Shown here: positions 31,980 to 41,970 of the stretch, one piece after another
Layout: the number at the start of each line of letters is the position of its first letter
How positions within the stretch are numbered: position 1 is the stretch's first letter
Assembly: GCA_024635585.1 (NCBI GenBank)
Contig: JAGXIP010000009.1
Location: 3,179-67,178 of the forward strand
From: Saccharicrinis sp.
GTDB taxonomy: Bacteria; Bacteroidota; Bacteroidia; Bacteroidales; Marinilabiliaceae
DNA length: 64,000 bases
Direction: 5' to 3'
Notes under the pieces: generated by a model
What the model saw: the letters and a program-made list of their open reading frames with translations, nothing else
Told to the model about the DNA's origin: nothing
The model's database searches: none
Program-made: the position numbers and the translations under genes

Positions 31980-33575
31980 TCAATCGTTCCAAAATAAGGG
32001 TGCCACCCAGACACCTCCCGACATAGAATTGGTGTGATAAATATACCAATTACCATCCACATCCTGTATGGGTTTCCCTCCTCCATCCACAAATACACGT
32101 TTATTAATATTTTTGGCAGCATAATGATCCGTAAAGGAAAAAGGATTATCGCTCAGATAGATGCGTAAACAATGGTAACGAGAAAGATTATCGTTATCGA
32201 TTGGGCCAACCCATAAGTGCCATTTATCACCCCGTTTAATCACTACCGGGTTGGTAAAAAAACTGTGTTCGGGCCATGGTGAGGCAGGTTTATGGTTACC
32301 CAATGATTCCAATGGGTTCTGATTGCCTTCGCTCCAATCTACCAATGCCTGCTTCCGGTTGCTCCAATTTATTAAATCCGTACTGGTACGATACCCTATG
32401 CTGTGCTTAGCATACACGGTTTCGTTGGTTGCCGAGGCATAATACATGACCCATTGATCGTGGATACGAAGAATGTAGGGTGCTAGTCCGAAAGGTTTTT
32501 CGGTAAATATTTTACCGCGTTTACGTGGATTGGCTGTGCCAACTCGCTCCCAATTATTTCCATCTACCGACCGAGCCACGAACATGCTGTTGGGACCAAA
32601 ATCGCCGCTGTTACCTAAATACCAGGGGTTAACAGCTTCTTCGGGGGCTTTGTACCAGCCACTCCACAATTGACCGCTCCCCACATAAAACATATAAAAA
32701 TAATTTTTATCCACTATCACAAAAGGGTCGATCAAAAACTCTTCGCCAAATTCCTTTTCCACCTCCATTGCTACACCCTTATAAATCCACCCATTTGACA
32801 AACTATCGGATACAGCATGGATTATTTTGCCCGGCTGCCGAACGTCCCACACATTACTCGCTTCCATTACCTGACCAAATAAATGCCACTTATTATCGGG
32901 TCCGTAAACGATATTGGCGCGCTCAATAACCCAATCTTCTTGGACCAATTGTTCATTTTTAAATATATATACAAACTCACCCGGTGCCACCAGAGACGAC
33001 CTTTCCCTATCTTCTATTTTCACCCAATCCTGTTCGTTTGGGGGAGCTATATCAGATAAATAAATATGATCCAAGCGAATCAAAGACCTTGTATTACTTT
33101 GCACTTCCAAGGCCAAGCGTGCTTCCTGTTTGTAGTATTTAGTCACGTCCCAGCCCCGTAAAAACAGGTCGTAAAAATTATTGCCAAATGCCTCCTCAAC
33201 CACTTTGCCATCAAGCTCCAAAAAAACCCTTACATTCGGATGTAATTCTCCTGCCAAATAAAAATTTAAGTGATTTTTGGTGATTTTGAATTTAGGGCTC
33301 CTCAATATACCTTTTTGATTATTGCTGTGCCTTCCTTCAAGATGACCTGTTTCGAGGTAATAATTTCCCTTATAACCTATGGGTGCACGATGCCACTGGG
33401 AAATTTGATTGGTATGGACAGGCTTGCCAGAAACCAAGAAATTTTCCCCTTCCCAGTTCCATCCTGTTAAATCCCCATCCTCAAAATCAAATAAAACAAT
33501 GTCTGTTTCTTGAGAAAAAAGAGGACTCATAAAGAAAGAGAGGATGAGACTAAAAATTAGTTTTACTGAACCCAT
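31980..33575 (-). CDS. Secreted five-bladed beta-propeller hydrolase-like protein (GH32/GH43-like) with N-terminal beta-sandwich
   Basis: FDFEDG...GILRSPKFKI N-domain as in some GH32; GPDNKWHLFG, IDPFV and SxDLINW repeats; canonical catalytic motifs not evident. Confidence 0.55.
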   Translation of the reverse strand: MGSVKLIFSLILSFFMSPLFSQETDIVLFDFEDGDLTGWNWEGENFLVSGKPVHTNQISQWHRAPIGYKGNYYLETGHLEGRHSNNQKGILRSPKFKITKNHLNFYLAGELHPNVRVFLELDGKVVEEAFGNNFYDLFLRGWDVTKYYKQEARLALEVQSNTRSLIRLDHIYLSDIAPPNEQDWVKIEDRERSSLVAPGEFVYIFKNEQLVQEDWVIERANIVYGPDNKWHLFGQVMEASNVWDVRQPGKIIHAVSDSLSNGWIYKGVAMEVEKEFGEEFLIDPFVIVDKNYFYMFYVGSGQLWSGWYKAPEEAVNPWYLGNSGDFGPNSMFVARSVDGNNWERVGTANPRKRGKIFTEKPFGLAPYILRIHDQWVMYYASATNETVYAKHSIGYRTSTDLINWSNRKQALVDWSEGNQNPLESLGNHKPASPWPEHSFFTNPVVIKRGDKWHLWVGPIDNDNLSRYHCLRIYLSDNPFSFTDHYAAKNINKRVFVDGGGKPIQDVDGNWYIYHTNSMSGGVWVAPLFWND

Positions 33576-33684
33576 AATAACATATAACTTACACTAAAAG
33601 ATTCCATTGAAAAAAAGTAAAATTCAACTATGTCCAGTACCTTAACAAGACTTAGTTGAATAAAAAGAAATTCGCATTAAAAAT

Positions 33685-33722
33685 AGAAAGGCTGGCCGTT
33701 TATAACTACCAGCCCTTCTTTT
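33685..33722 (-). terminator. Intrinsic terminator after the CBM9-like gene
   Basis: Minus strand AGAAGGGCTGG...CCAGCCTTTCTATTTTT. Confidence 0.7.
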
Positions 33723-33766
33723 CATTTAACTCTTTAAAAAGACATATAATCAATATTCGATCAAGA

Positions 33767-35386
33767 CTACTGTTTAATGATTTTGGTTAATCCGCTATTG
33801 CCATCGGCAAAATTTACTTTTACCAAATACACACCAGCGTTAAGACTTGAAACATCAATACTTGAACCATTCAATACATTAACTTGTAATACTTTTTGTC
33901 CAGAAAGATTGAAAACCTCCACAGACTGAAGTGAAGTTGCAGACTGAATATTCAATACGTTATTAACCGGGTTGGGCCAAATAGAAATATCTGAGTTTGC
34001 AGCATCAATTCTTTTCACAGAAGTAGGAGGAGTATATCCTTCCAAAAGTAATCTACCTGTAGAGAAGGTACTTCTCCAAGCCAAATTGTCGCGGTTGTTC
34101 CAGGCAAAATAATTTGCATCTAAACCTGCTAATTTAAAACCCAAATCAAAAAATAATGATTTCCTCTCTTTAAATGCAGCAACCATGGCAGGATCTGTTG
34201 AGGCTACACTCCAAGGAATTTTTGCTTCTAGAATATAACCTTCAAATTCATCAAAAGATTGCGCGGCTCTCCAAATCCATTCAACACCTCTATTGGTATA
34301 GGCAGTAAGCTCCTCGGAACCAGCTGCACCAAATTTCAACTTTGAAAATAAAAAACCATTCTCATTAGACGCACCATCATCGTAACTAAGGTGAGCATCA
34401 GTTGGTCTTACCCCCACAGTAACGGTAACTTCATCAACACCTACTGTCTTTGCTGCATCAGGCACAACAACTTGAGAATAAAGATAAAGATTAACTTCAT
34501 CATAGGCACTCCAATATTTAGCAGAAACTCCTTCTATGCCAACAACACCATTGGTCCAGTTATTAACATCATGGCCCTCGCCTGTGTAAATACCTTCTAA
34601 ATTGTCAGCATCCAATTCAAGAGTAGCAGTAGTGCTAAGAATATTTACATCTTTTCTTTCCGCTAACGTTAAAACACCTAACTTCATACTTGATTCCCAT
34701 GCGGTATTGTCATCGTTTGACCATGCCACATAATTTGCTGCTGCATTAAATTTATAAGCCACATCGAAATAAATAGTTCCTTGACCTGAACGATAGTCTG
34801 CTTTGAAATTATCGATTAAGGTTTGATTGGTTGAAATATCATTCCAAGCAACACGTGCTTCAACATTGTAACCGCTAAGTATCACAGGAAAGCCTTCAAC
34901 TTCAACTTCTACGTCTGCAACCTCTTCATAAATCCACTTAACATTTCTTCTAACTTTTGCCACACCTGCAACAGCAGCGCTACTTCCTGCACCACCAAAG
35001 GTGATCTTTGAAAAAAGGAAGCCATTGTCATTCGGCTCACCTAAGTCAAAACTATAAGCAGCTCTATCTGGATCTAAGCTAATGGTCATACTAATTTCAT
35101 CCTGTCCTGTTACAGTCGTTGTTTCAAGACGAAGCTCAGAATAAATAAAGAGCGAATCGGCAGTGTAGGAAACATCGAATTTAGCAACTACATTTTCCAC
35201 CACATCACCAGTCCAAACAGCAATATCCTTTGTATATGCTCTGGTGTAAACATTAACATCTTTTGTAGCATCTAAAGTTCCACCTGAAAACACTTGTGGC
35301 ATTACAGCTGTTTTTGGAACAAAATCCTGTGCAATAGCGGTCAATGCAACCATTGCCGCAAATAGCATTGTAAACATCTTTTTCAT
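33767..35386 (-). CDS. Non-catalytic protein with two CBM9/DOMON-like repeats and T9SS CTD
   Basis: Duplicated NENGFLFSKxxFG...YxxEAxxxW...FDxxxK...NYxAW.N.D..AW; ISIWPNPV...GVYLVKV CTD. Confidence 0.7.
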   Translation of the reverse strand: MKKMFTMLFAAMVALTAIAQDFVPKTAVMPQVFSGGTLDATKDVNVYTRAYTKDIAVWTGDVVENVVAKFDVSYTADSLFIYSELRLETTTVTGQDEISMTISLDPDRAAYSFDLGEPNDNGFLFSKITFGGAGSSAAVAGVAKVRRNVKWIYEEVADVEVEVEGFPVILSGYNVEARVAWNDISTNQTLIDNFKADYRSGQGTIYFDVAYKFNAAANYVAWSNDDNTAWESSMKLGVLTLAERKDVNILSTTATLELDADNLEGIYTGEGHDVNNWTNGVVGIEGVSAKYWSAYDEVNLYLYSQVVVPDAAKTVGVDEVTVTVGVRPTDAHLSYDDGASNENGFLFSKLKFGAAGSEELTAYTNRGVEWIWRAAQSFDEFEGYILEAKIPWSVASTDPAMVAAFKERKSLFFDLGFKLAGLDANYFAWNNRDNLAWRSTFSTGRLLLEGYTPPTSVKRIDAANSDISIWPNPVNNVLNIQSATSLQSVEVFNLSGQKVLQVNVLNGSSIDVSSLNAGVYLVKVNFADGNSGLTKIIKQ

Positions 35387-35533
35387 AATAAATAAAATTA
35401 AATTAATAAATAAAAATAAGTAGTGATCACGAAATATTTTAAGCTATTCTGATAGTGCAAGAGGGCTTAACTAGGTTGTATATATTGCAGGCAAAACGCC
35501 AACAGTCAGCATCATTGCACTGCTTTATGTTTT

Positions 35534-37795
35534 TTAATTTACAGTCATGGCCCGCGTCATCTTTTTACCCTTCATCTGCATCCGATAAAGCAATGGTCCA
35601 CTGCTATTATAATGCTTGGGACTATATTGTACGCTATATTTTCCGGGTGATTGAAACTGGTTAACCAATACATTTGTAATAACCCCGCTATAGTTAATTA
35701 CGTCTAAACGGACAGTTCCGGCCTGCTCAATCACATATTCAATGGTTGTAGAATTTAACACTGGATTAGGATAATTCTGTTCCAAAGAAAAATATGGATT
35801 GCTTAAAGCGTTCTGGTCTCCGATAGATGTTGGACCGCTAATCACTTGATTTAATAATCGTCCAAAAATTAGTAGTGCTTCATTAGTAAAATGGGCATCC
35901 GAACTAGCTGCGCCAAACCATGCAGCGCGGGCTGCGGGGGCTGATAGGTTAACCATACTGCTGCCTTGCACATACGAGAATAGAACTGCTTTTTCGGTTT
36001 CATTTTTACCGGTAAGCAATATCTCCGCTCCAGCAGCAGGGATACCATAGGCCATATTAAAAGACTGGCTATAAAGATTTACGTCTCCTACAAATCCATC
36101 TAAAACAGAATTGTTAGAAAGTGCATTCGCTGTGGCAGTTGAGCCATTCATGGTTCCGTAGTCCGTTCCTGCGGTAGGTCCGGTTAACTTCAGAATCGCA
36201 AACAAGGCACTATTGCTTACTATTAAAGGAGTGGCCCTATTGACAAATAAACTACCTACGGCCACATCTGTTACTGTTCCGGAAAGTACGATGGCCACTC
36301 TTCTATTTGCATGTAAAGCAGCCACATTACTTTGCGTTTTATGATAAACCGTATAGCCTTCTTTCAAAATTTTACCGTACAATTGTTCTTCGCTCTCCGT
36401 CAATACCTCGTCACCCGTAACTAATAAAACGCTGCCTTTTGATGGGCTTGGATTCACATCAATAAATACCTCATTAGATGTAGTTTCATTTCCGTTGTTA
36501 TCCTTGGCAATTGCGGTTAAAGAATACCGACCCGGTGCAGCCGATGGAATAGTAAAATGATAGGGTGCTTCCGTTTTGGTTTCAAAAAGTTCCCCATCCA
36601 AGTAAAACCTCACCTCCTTAATACCATCTTCCACATCAGCAGAAGCAGTTTTAACTACCAAATCGTCTCCTTGCAAAAATACTTGCGATGCATTTGGAGC
36701 ATGCAGCGTGACAAAAGGACTTCGATTACCGATAAAATGATTGTAATCCCATACCTGCTGACCAGACCACGTAAGATTGGTTGGATTATCGGAACTATTA
36801 ATCTGTGATCCTCCACCATTACCTGTTGTAGTCAATTTTATATTATCGCCACCATACCAATGCCACCACAAAAGACCAACTCCATGCGCAGAGGCTACAT
36901 CTATTGAAGATTGAAATGCCCTTGGATAGTAAAGGTTACCTTCCTCCGGTTTTGTTCCATACTCACCAATCATAACCGCCAGACCCTTTTCTTTGATTCT
37001 TTCAATATAGTCGTGCATGCGATAGCTTAACTGCGCAAGACCACCCACATCCCATTGATCATAGGTATGAAAACTAAACATGATATTTTCGTAGGTCTTG
37101 TCATTAAAATGAATCAATCGATCGCCTGCCGTTAAAATGGAACTATTTGATTCTATTACAGGTTCGGATGAGCGAGCTCCGGCATCCTGACCCCAAAAAT
37201 GGGCATCTACTACAATAACATTCTTGTTGTCCTGCTCATCGCGAATGACCTCAATAACCTGCTGATGCATGCTTACCCATTGGTCAATTTGTTCTGGAGA
37301 GTCCTCGGTTCCCGGTTCATTCATGATATTGTACCACACGTATGGATTGTCGCCATAGAGGTCTATCACATCGCGCCATGCATCCATCAAATCGTACAAC
37401 TTATCATCTTTATAATACGAACCTGTTTGATCATGAAACTCAAACATAACCACCACATTCCGTGATGTAAAAGCATCTACAATGGGCTGCATGTCAAGTA
37501 TGGTTTGAAACGGTGAATTAGCCGAGACGTTTTGACCATTCCAATAGTAATCATATAACCTACAATTCACACGAATCATGTTAAAACCCCAATCATCAAC
37601 AATCTTGGTCACCTGATTTGCGGGATTACCGGGCCATCCCCATTTCATACCCGACACATTTACTCCTTTAGGTATAAACTGATTGCCATCAGGACCAATA
37701 ATTTTAGACCCCACAATTTGAAAACCTGCACCCATCATGTTTGTCTGAAAAATAATAGCAAACATCAAAAAGACTATAGTACATTTTGCTCTCAT
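35534..37795 (-). CDS. GH5 endo-glycanase (GH5_8 mannanase-like) with Ig-like, uncharacterised domain and T9SS CTD
   Basis: EFHDQTG, NIMNEP acid/base, SFHTY, IGEYG nucleophile; APYHFT Big domain; LEQNYPNP CTD. Confidence 0.85.
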   Translation of the reverse strand: MRAKCTIVFLMFAIIFQTNMMGAGFQIVGSKIIGPDGNQFIPKGVNVSGMKWGWPGNPANQVTKIVDDWGFNMIRVNCRLYDYYWNGQNVSANSPFQTILDMQPIVDAFTSRNVVVMFEFHDQTGSYYKDDKLYDLMDAWRDVIDLYGDNPYVWYNIMNEPGTEDSPEQIDQWVSMHQQVIEVIRDEQDNKNVIVVDAHFWGQDAGARSSEPVIESNSSILTAGDRLIHFNDKTYENIMFSFHTYDQWDVGGLAQLSYRMHDYIERIKEKGLAVMIGEYGTKPEEGNLYYPRAFQSSIDVASAHGVGLLWWHWYGGDNIKLTTTGNGGGSQINSSDNPTNLTWSGQQVWDYNHFIGNRSPFVTLHAPNASQVFLQGDDLVVKTASADVEDGIKEVRFYLDGELFETKTEAPYHFTIPSAAPGRYSLTAIAKDNNGNETTSNEVFIDVNPSPSKGSVLLVTGDEVLTESEEQLYGKILKEGYTVYHKTQSNVAALHANRRVAIVLSGTVTDVAVGSLFVNRATPLIVSNSALFAILKLTGPTAGTDYGTMNGSTATANALSNNSVLDGFVGDVNLYSQSFNMAYGIPAAGAEILLTGKNETEKAVLFSYVQGSSMVNLSAPAARAAWFGAASSDAHFTNEALLIFGRLLNQVISGPTSIGDQNALSNPYFSLEQNYPNPVLNSTTIEYVIEQAGTVRLDVINYSGVITNVLVNQFQSPGKYSVQYSPKHYNSSGPLLYRMQMKGKKMTRAMTVN

Positions 37796-37810
37796 ATCCT
37801 ATCCTCCCTT

Positions 37811-40099
37811 TTAATTTCGTTTAATTTGTCGTTTGGAAAAAAAAGCCCCATTCCCCACGGTTACACCATATATAGTTCCGTCAAGAGGGTCAACACCGAT
37901 TGATTTCCAGCGCAGTGCTCCATAAGAATTATCATAGATATTTTCCCAGGTTTCGCCTCTATCATTAGAAATAAATACACCCGATTCACTGGGGGACCAA
38001 AAGAGCGGTTCGGAGGCCACTATTATTTCATTTTTCAAAAATCCTCCTACAGCAATGGAGCTAGCGTTAAATAAAGTATCGTCTTTAGGAAAAACTTTAT
38101 CCCAAGTATCGCCATAATCATAACTGCGCCACAATCCCTCATTAATGAAACCGGCGTAAATCAATCCGGGTACATTTTCATCGGCTTTAATATCCACCAG
38201 TACAGAAGTGGAGTCTTTATGGAAAGGCAGTCCCCCACTTATATCTGTGGTTGATTCCCCATCATTATCCACTCTAAATAAACCTTCTGTCCATTCCCCA
38301 AAATAAAGTGTACCAGATCTGTGTGGATCGACACATAACAATTGGTTGGTACCACACACATTTTTTTGTTGTCCATAGGTCACAGACAATAATTCATTTT
38401 CTATGAAATTCATATAATGAGGCAGCGTTTTGATATAATCCGGCAGTTTGACATTTAACTTCTCCCAGCTTTCGCCCCAATTCGATGTCTTATATAAGCC
38501 GGCTCCTTGTTCCAACGACCTGTCGATATAAGCATAAAAAACACCAGGAGTGTGATAGTCTTCTTTAAGTGCCTGAACGGTAAGATAATTTTCAAATGTT
38601 TTAACCACACCAAATGTTTTACCGTTATCTCGGCTTAAAAGAATGGCAGAACCAAATTCACCCATCCAGTCGCGTTTGCCGGCAAACAGAATAAGGTTTG
38701 AGTTGAAGCGTGAAAATACAATCGCCGTAGAGTTTTTATATTCGGTAGCTGCCGGCAACTGTTGGTAAGTTTTACCATAATCTACACCTATAAATGGCCT
38801 ATGATCTGGCATCACAAATCCAGACCTACCCTCAACAACAGGATCTACAACGAGGTTTTCTATGCAAACTGTTTCGGTACCTTTAAAATTGTTTCCATTC
38901 CAGTTTAAACCATTATCTTCACTAACCGAAACACCGTACCAATTGGACATGTACAATCGTCCTGAAACATGCTTATCAACTAAGAGATCTGAAATAGCCC
39001 ATCCAATATATTCCTCTGTTCGTATGTATGACGGATAGTTTTTAAAATTATCAAATGAATAATCGGCAACAGGATTCCATGTTTGTCCTCCATCCGTCGA
39101 TTTATAAATTGGAACCAAAGGAACTTCCGTATCCGATCCACTTCTAGCGGGAGCAGTGTATACAATCTGCGGATTATTGGGATCCACAGCAACGGTGTTA
39201 TAACGTACCGTTTGGGTTGGTAATCCTGCCATCGCCGATGTAAATGTCAGCCCTCCGTCCACGCTTATGACAATACCCTTATTATAAGTAGAGGCAATAA
39301 TTTTTTGTGGGTTATCGGCAAAAAAATCGAGTTGCGTGAACCCCATATTTTCCTTTTCATAAACCAATTCCCACGATTGCCCAAAATCTGCACTTTTGTA
39401 CAAACGACCCTTTTTAGGTCTATTTTCTGTAGAATCCGCCATAAAATAGTCTTTCATGCGCATTTCATCCAGTGTAGTTACATACAATAAGCCTTCTTTG
39501 TAAGGATGAAAAACAACATGACTTATAGGCTCTCCTTTTAATCCTGAGAATTTCCAAGTTTCGCCCAAATCGTTGCTTACCCAAACCCCTTTACTATAGC
39601 CACCAGCCGCTACAAAATCTTTGTTAAAAGGATCCACTTCAATTCTTTCGCCGTACACACGATTTGGTCCGTTCCCAAAAAAATCTACCTCTTCCGTTAC
39701 GCTGCGCCAGCTTTGACCTCCATCCGTGCTTTTGTGAATCTCCCCAACCATCTGATGTTTTCTGGCTTCTCCCGAACCCCGAAACATAATGTTAGGATCG
39801 TGCGAGCTGATGCACACCGCTTCTGTATTTTGGTTATATCCATGCTTTAAACCACTATTTACCAAATGCCATTCCTTACCGGCATCCACACTTTTGAATA
39901 AACCAGCCACATCGCATCGGGCAAAAATTACATTCGAGTCAGATGGATGTTGAACCAAACCCGTGATATAACCTCCACCACCTAGATAGGATTGTTGCCA
40001 CGTAAATTCTACATTGCTATTGTTTTGTTTTTCCGAATGATTACATCCAAACAAGAGTAACCAGAAAGGAAGAAAACATATGTACCTGTTAAGGACCAT
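37811..40099 (-). CDS. GH74-like BNR/sortilin-repeat lipoprotein
   Basis: GGGGYITG...ARCDVAG resembling the GH74 N-terminal catalytic motif; many S.DGG.(T/S)W repeats; lipobox LFGC. Confidence 0.65.
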   Translation of the reverse strand: MVLNRYICFLPFWLLLFGCNHSEKQNNSNVEFTWQQSYLGGGGYITGLVQHPSDSNVIFARCDVAGLFKSVDAGKEWHLVNSGLKHGYNQNTEAVCISSHDPNIMFRGSGEARKHQMVGEIHKSTDGGQSWRSVTEEVDFFGNGPNRVYGERIEVDPFNKDFVAAGGYSKGVWVSNDLGETWKFSGLKGEPISHVVFHPYKEGLLYVTTLDEMRMKDYFMADSTENRPKKGRLYKSADFGQSWELVYEKENMGFTQLDFFADNPQKIIASTYNKGIVISVDGGLTFTSAMAGLPTQTVRYNTVAVDPNNPQIVYTAPARSGSDTEVPLVPIYKSTDGGQTWNPVADYSFDNFKNYPSYIRTEEYIGWAISDLLVDKHVSGRLYMSNWYGVSVSEDNGLNWNGNNFKGTETVCIENLVVDPVVEGRSGFVMPDHRPFIGVDYGKTYQQLPAATEYKNSTAIVFSRFNSNLILFAGKRDWMGEFGSAILLSRDNGKTFGVVKTFENYLTVQALKEDYHTPGVFYAYIDRSLEQGAGLYKTSNWGESWEKLNVKLPDYIKTLPHYMNFIENELLSVTYGQQKNVCGTNQLLCVDPHRSGTLYFGEWTEGLFRVDNDGESTTDISGGLPFHKDSTSVLVDIKADENVPGLIYAGFINEGLWRSYDYGDTWDKVFPKDDTLFNASSIAVGGFLKNEIIVASEPLFWSPSESGVFISNDRGETWENIYDNSYGALRWKSIGVDPLDGTIYGVTVGNGAFFSKRQIKRN

Positions 40100-40132
40100 A
40101 ATAAAAAGATTATAAAATATTGCAGGCTGGAA

Positions 40133-40158
40133 GCATCCGGTATTAAAACACCGGATGC
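40133..40158. terminator. Stem-loop downstream of susD
   Basis: GCATCCGGT / ACCGGATGC; weak U-tract. Confidence 0.5.
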
Positions 40159-40192
40159 ATATCTAAGCCATTAATTGTGAGATGATCAATTG

Positions 40193-41896
40193 TTAATAGC
40201 CATTATTTTGAGGCATCATGGCAGTACCCAGCACGTCTATTTCGGCTTGGGGGATAGGGAATACTTCATTTACACCGTTCACAAAATTTGCTCCTTTCAC
40301 ATTGTTCCATTTCGAAGCAAAATTTCGCATCACGTTTCCAACGCGATTAGGCACTATTTCACTTTGTCGTACCAGGTCAAAGAACCGCTCACCTTCCAAT
40401 GCCAATTCTACCCTGCGCTCATGCCAGATAATGGTTCTTAATGCTGCTTTGTCTGTTACAGTAATATCAGGCAGAACTGAAGAAGCAGGCACTGTGGCCC
40501 AGTCGTAACTTAGAAATGGGCGCTCATCAATACCAATAAAATTACCTTTTCCACCAAAGTTGATATACGGTCTAATATTTGCCCGGTCAGTTTTGGAAGA
40601 GTTTCTTGCCCGACGTCTAACCTCATTCAATTTTGCCAATGCTTCACTGGAATTTCCGATTTCATTGGCAGCTTCAGCATGCATTAAGAGCACATCGGCG
40701 TAACGAAAAATGATCACATTATCACCGTTATTCTTGTAATCATCATCAGGAGCTTCGCTAACCGGTTTAATCACTTTTCGACTATACATGTAATGTTCAT
40801 TGGCGCCATTGGCCTGAGCATTGGCATCTAATTTAAAGTTTAAAGCTGGTCGATAAATTGAATCACCATGAAAGATAAAGGTCGATACAATTCGTGGATC
40901 TCCTATTTCGAAAGCATCCAAAAGATCTAAGGTTGGCGTATTCATCCCCCATCCTGCACTGAGGCCAAATTCACCTTGCCGGGGCCGTTGTGCATTAATC
41001 ATATCACTTGGATTGCTAAACTCAGGAGATGGCGCAGTAACAAATTCAAAAATAGATTCTTTACCAAACTCATTATCACCAGCAGAAGTCCAACCACGAT
41101 CCCAAATTCTCATAAAATCATCTTCCAGCTCATAAACGTTTGATTGAATAATTTCTGAAGTAATATCAAAACACTCCTGGTATTTTTGTTGGTATAGATA
41201 AATCTTGGCCAGTAATGTTTTTGCGGCTCCTTTGGTAGCTCTTCCAAGTTCGGCCTCACTATAGGTATCAGGAAGAAAAGGTATGGCAGTCTTCAGATCG
41301 GACTCCAAACGGTTATATATTTCTTCTTCCGTGGCACGTTTTGAAGATTCTTCACCAATGGCAAAAACAGGACTAACACCACCATAGGCACGATTTAACC
41401 AGAAATAATTTAAGGATCTGAGAAATAACAATTCCCCTTTGTACCTGTTCTTTAAAGCCTGAGGTATTGAAGTGCTTTCTTCAATCATGCTCAAAGCCCA
41501 ATTAGTTACAAATATCTTCTTATACTGACTCTCCCAAAAATTGAAAGATTGTACATTACCTGAACCACCTTCAAATTTCTCGAGTTCTCGCCAACCAGGC
41601 TGATCGTTTTCACCACTACCAGCTTTAAAAGCATCATCACTTATACCATCTCCTTGAAGAAATCCCTGCCAGTTTTTCCAGCGTATATTGGGATATCCAC
41701 TTGCATTTGAAGTAACATTCATCGAATAGGCTGTTGTAACAGCCGTAGCAGGATCAACACTATCCGGAGAAGGATTTACTAGTACTGGGATCTCTAAGAA
41801 ATCCTCACTACAAGCTGTAAAACTTAAGGCCAGTAGTAACAGCCAAATGTTCTTAAATATAAATTTCATATATACAATTTTATTGGGTTTATTCAA
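40193..41896 (-). CDS. susD: RagB/SusD lipoprotein; likely start 41869
   Basis: Lipobox FTAC, GRATKGAA, RYADVLLMHAEA, ERRVELALEGERFFDL, FPIPQAEI. Confidence 0.95.
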   Translation of the reverse strand: MNKPNKIVYMKFIFKNIWLLLLALSFTACSEDFLEIPVLVNPSPDSVDPATAVTTAYSMNVTSNASGYPNIRWKNWQGFLQGDGISDDAFKAGSGENDQPGWRELEKFEGGSGNVQSFNFWESQYKKIFVTNWALSMIEESTSIPQALKNRYKGELLFLRSLNYFWLNRAYGGVSPVFAIGEESSKRATEEEIYNRLESDLKTAIPFLPDTYSEAELGRATKGAAKTLLAKIYLYQQKYQECFDITSEIIQSNVYELEDDFMRIWDRGWTSAGDNEFGKESIFEFVTAPSPEFSNPSDMINAQRPRQGEFGLSAGWGMNTPTLDLLDAFEIGDPRIVSTFIFHGDSIYRPALNFKLDANAQANGANEHYMYSRKVIKPVSEAPDDDYKNNGDNVIIFRYADVLLMHAEAANEIGNSSEALAKLNEVRRRARNSSKTDRANIRPYINFGGKGNFIGIDERPFLSYDWATVPASSVLPDITVTDKAALRTIIWHERRVELALEGERFFDLVRQSEIVPNRVGNVMRNFASKWNNVKGANFVNGVNEVFPIPQAEIDVLGTAMMPQNNGY

Positions 41897-41970
41897 AAAC
41901 TGCTATTGCTCCAACACTCAACCATCGACACGAGCAGCTTTACAAGAAATTTTAATAGTAATCACTTTAG

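Noticed and set aside
41897-41970. Longer-than-usual susC-susD spacer with a weak stem
   Set aside because: Pairing is short and imperfect; not enough evidence for a structured RNA.
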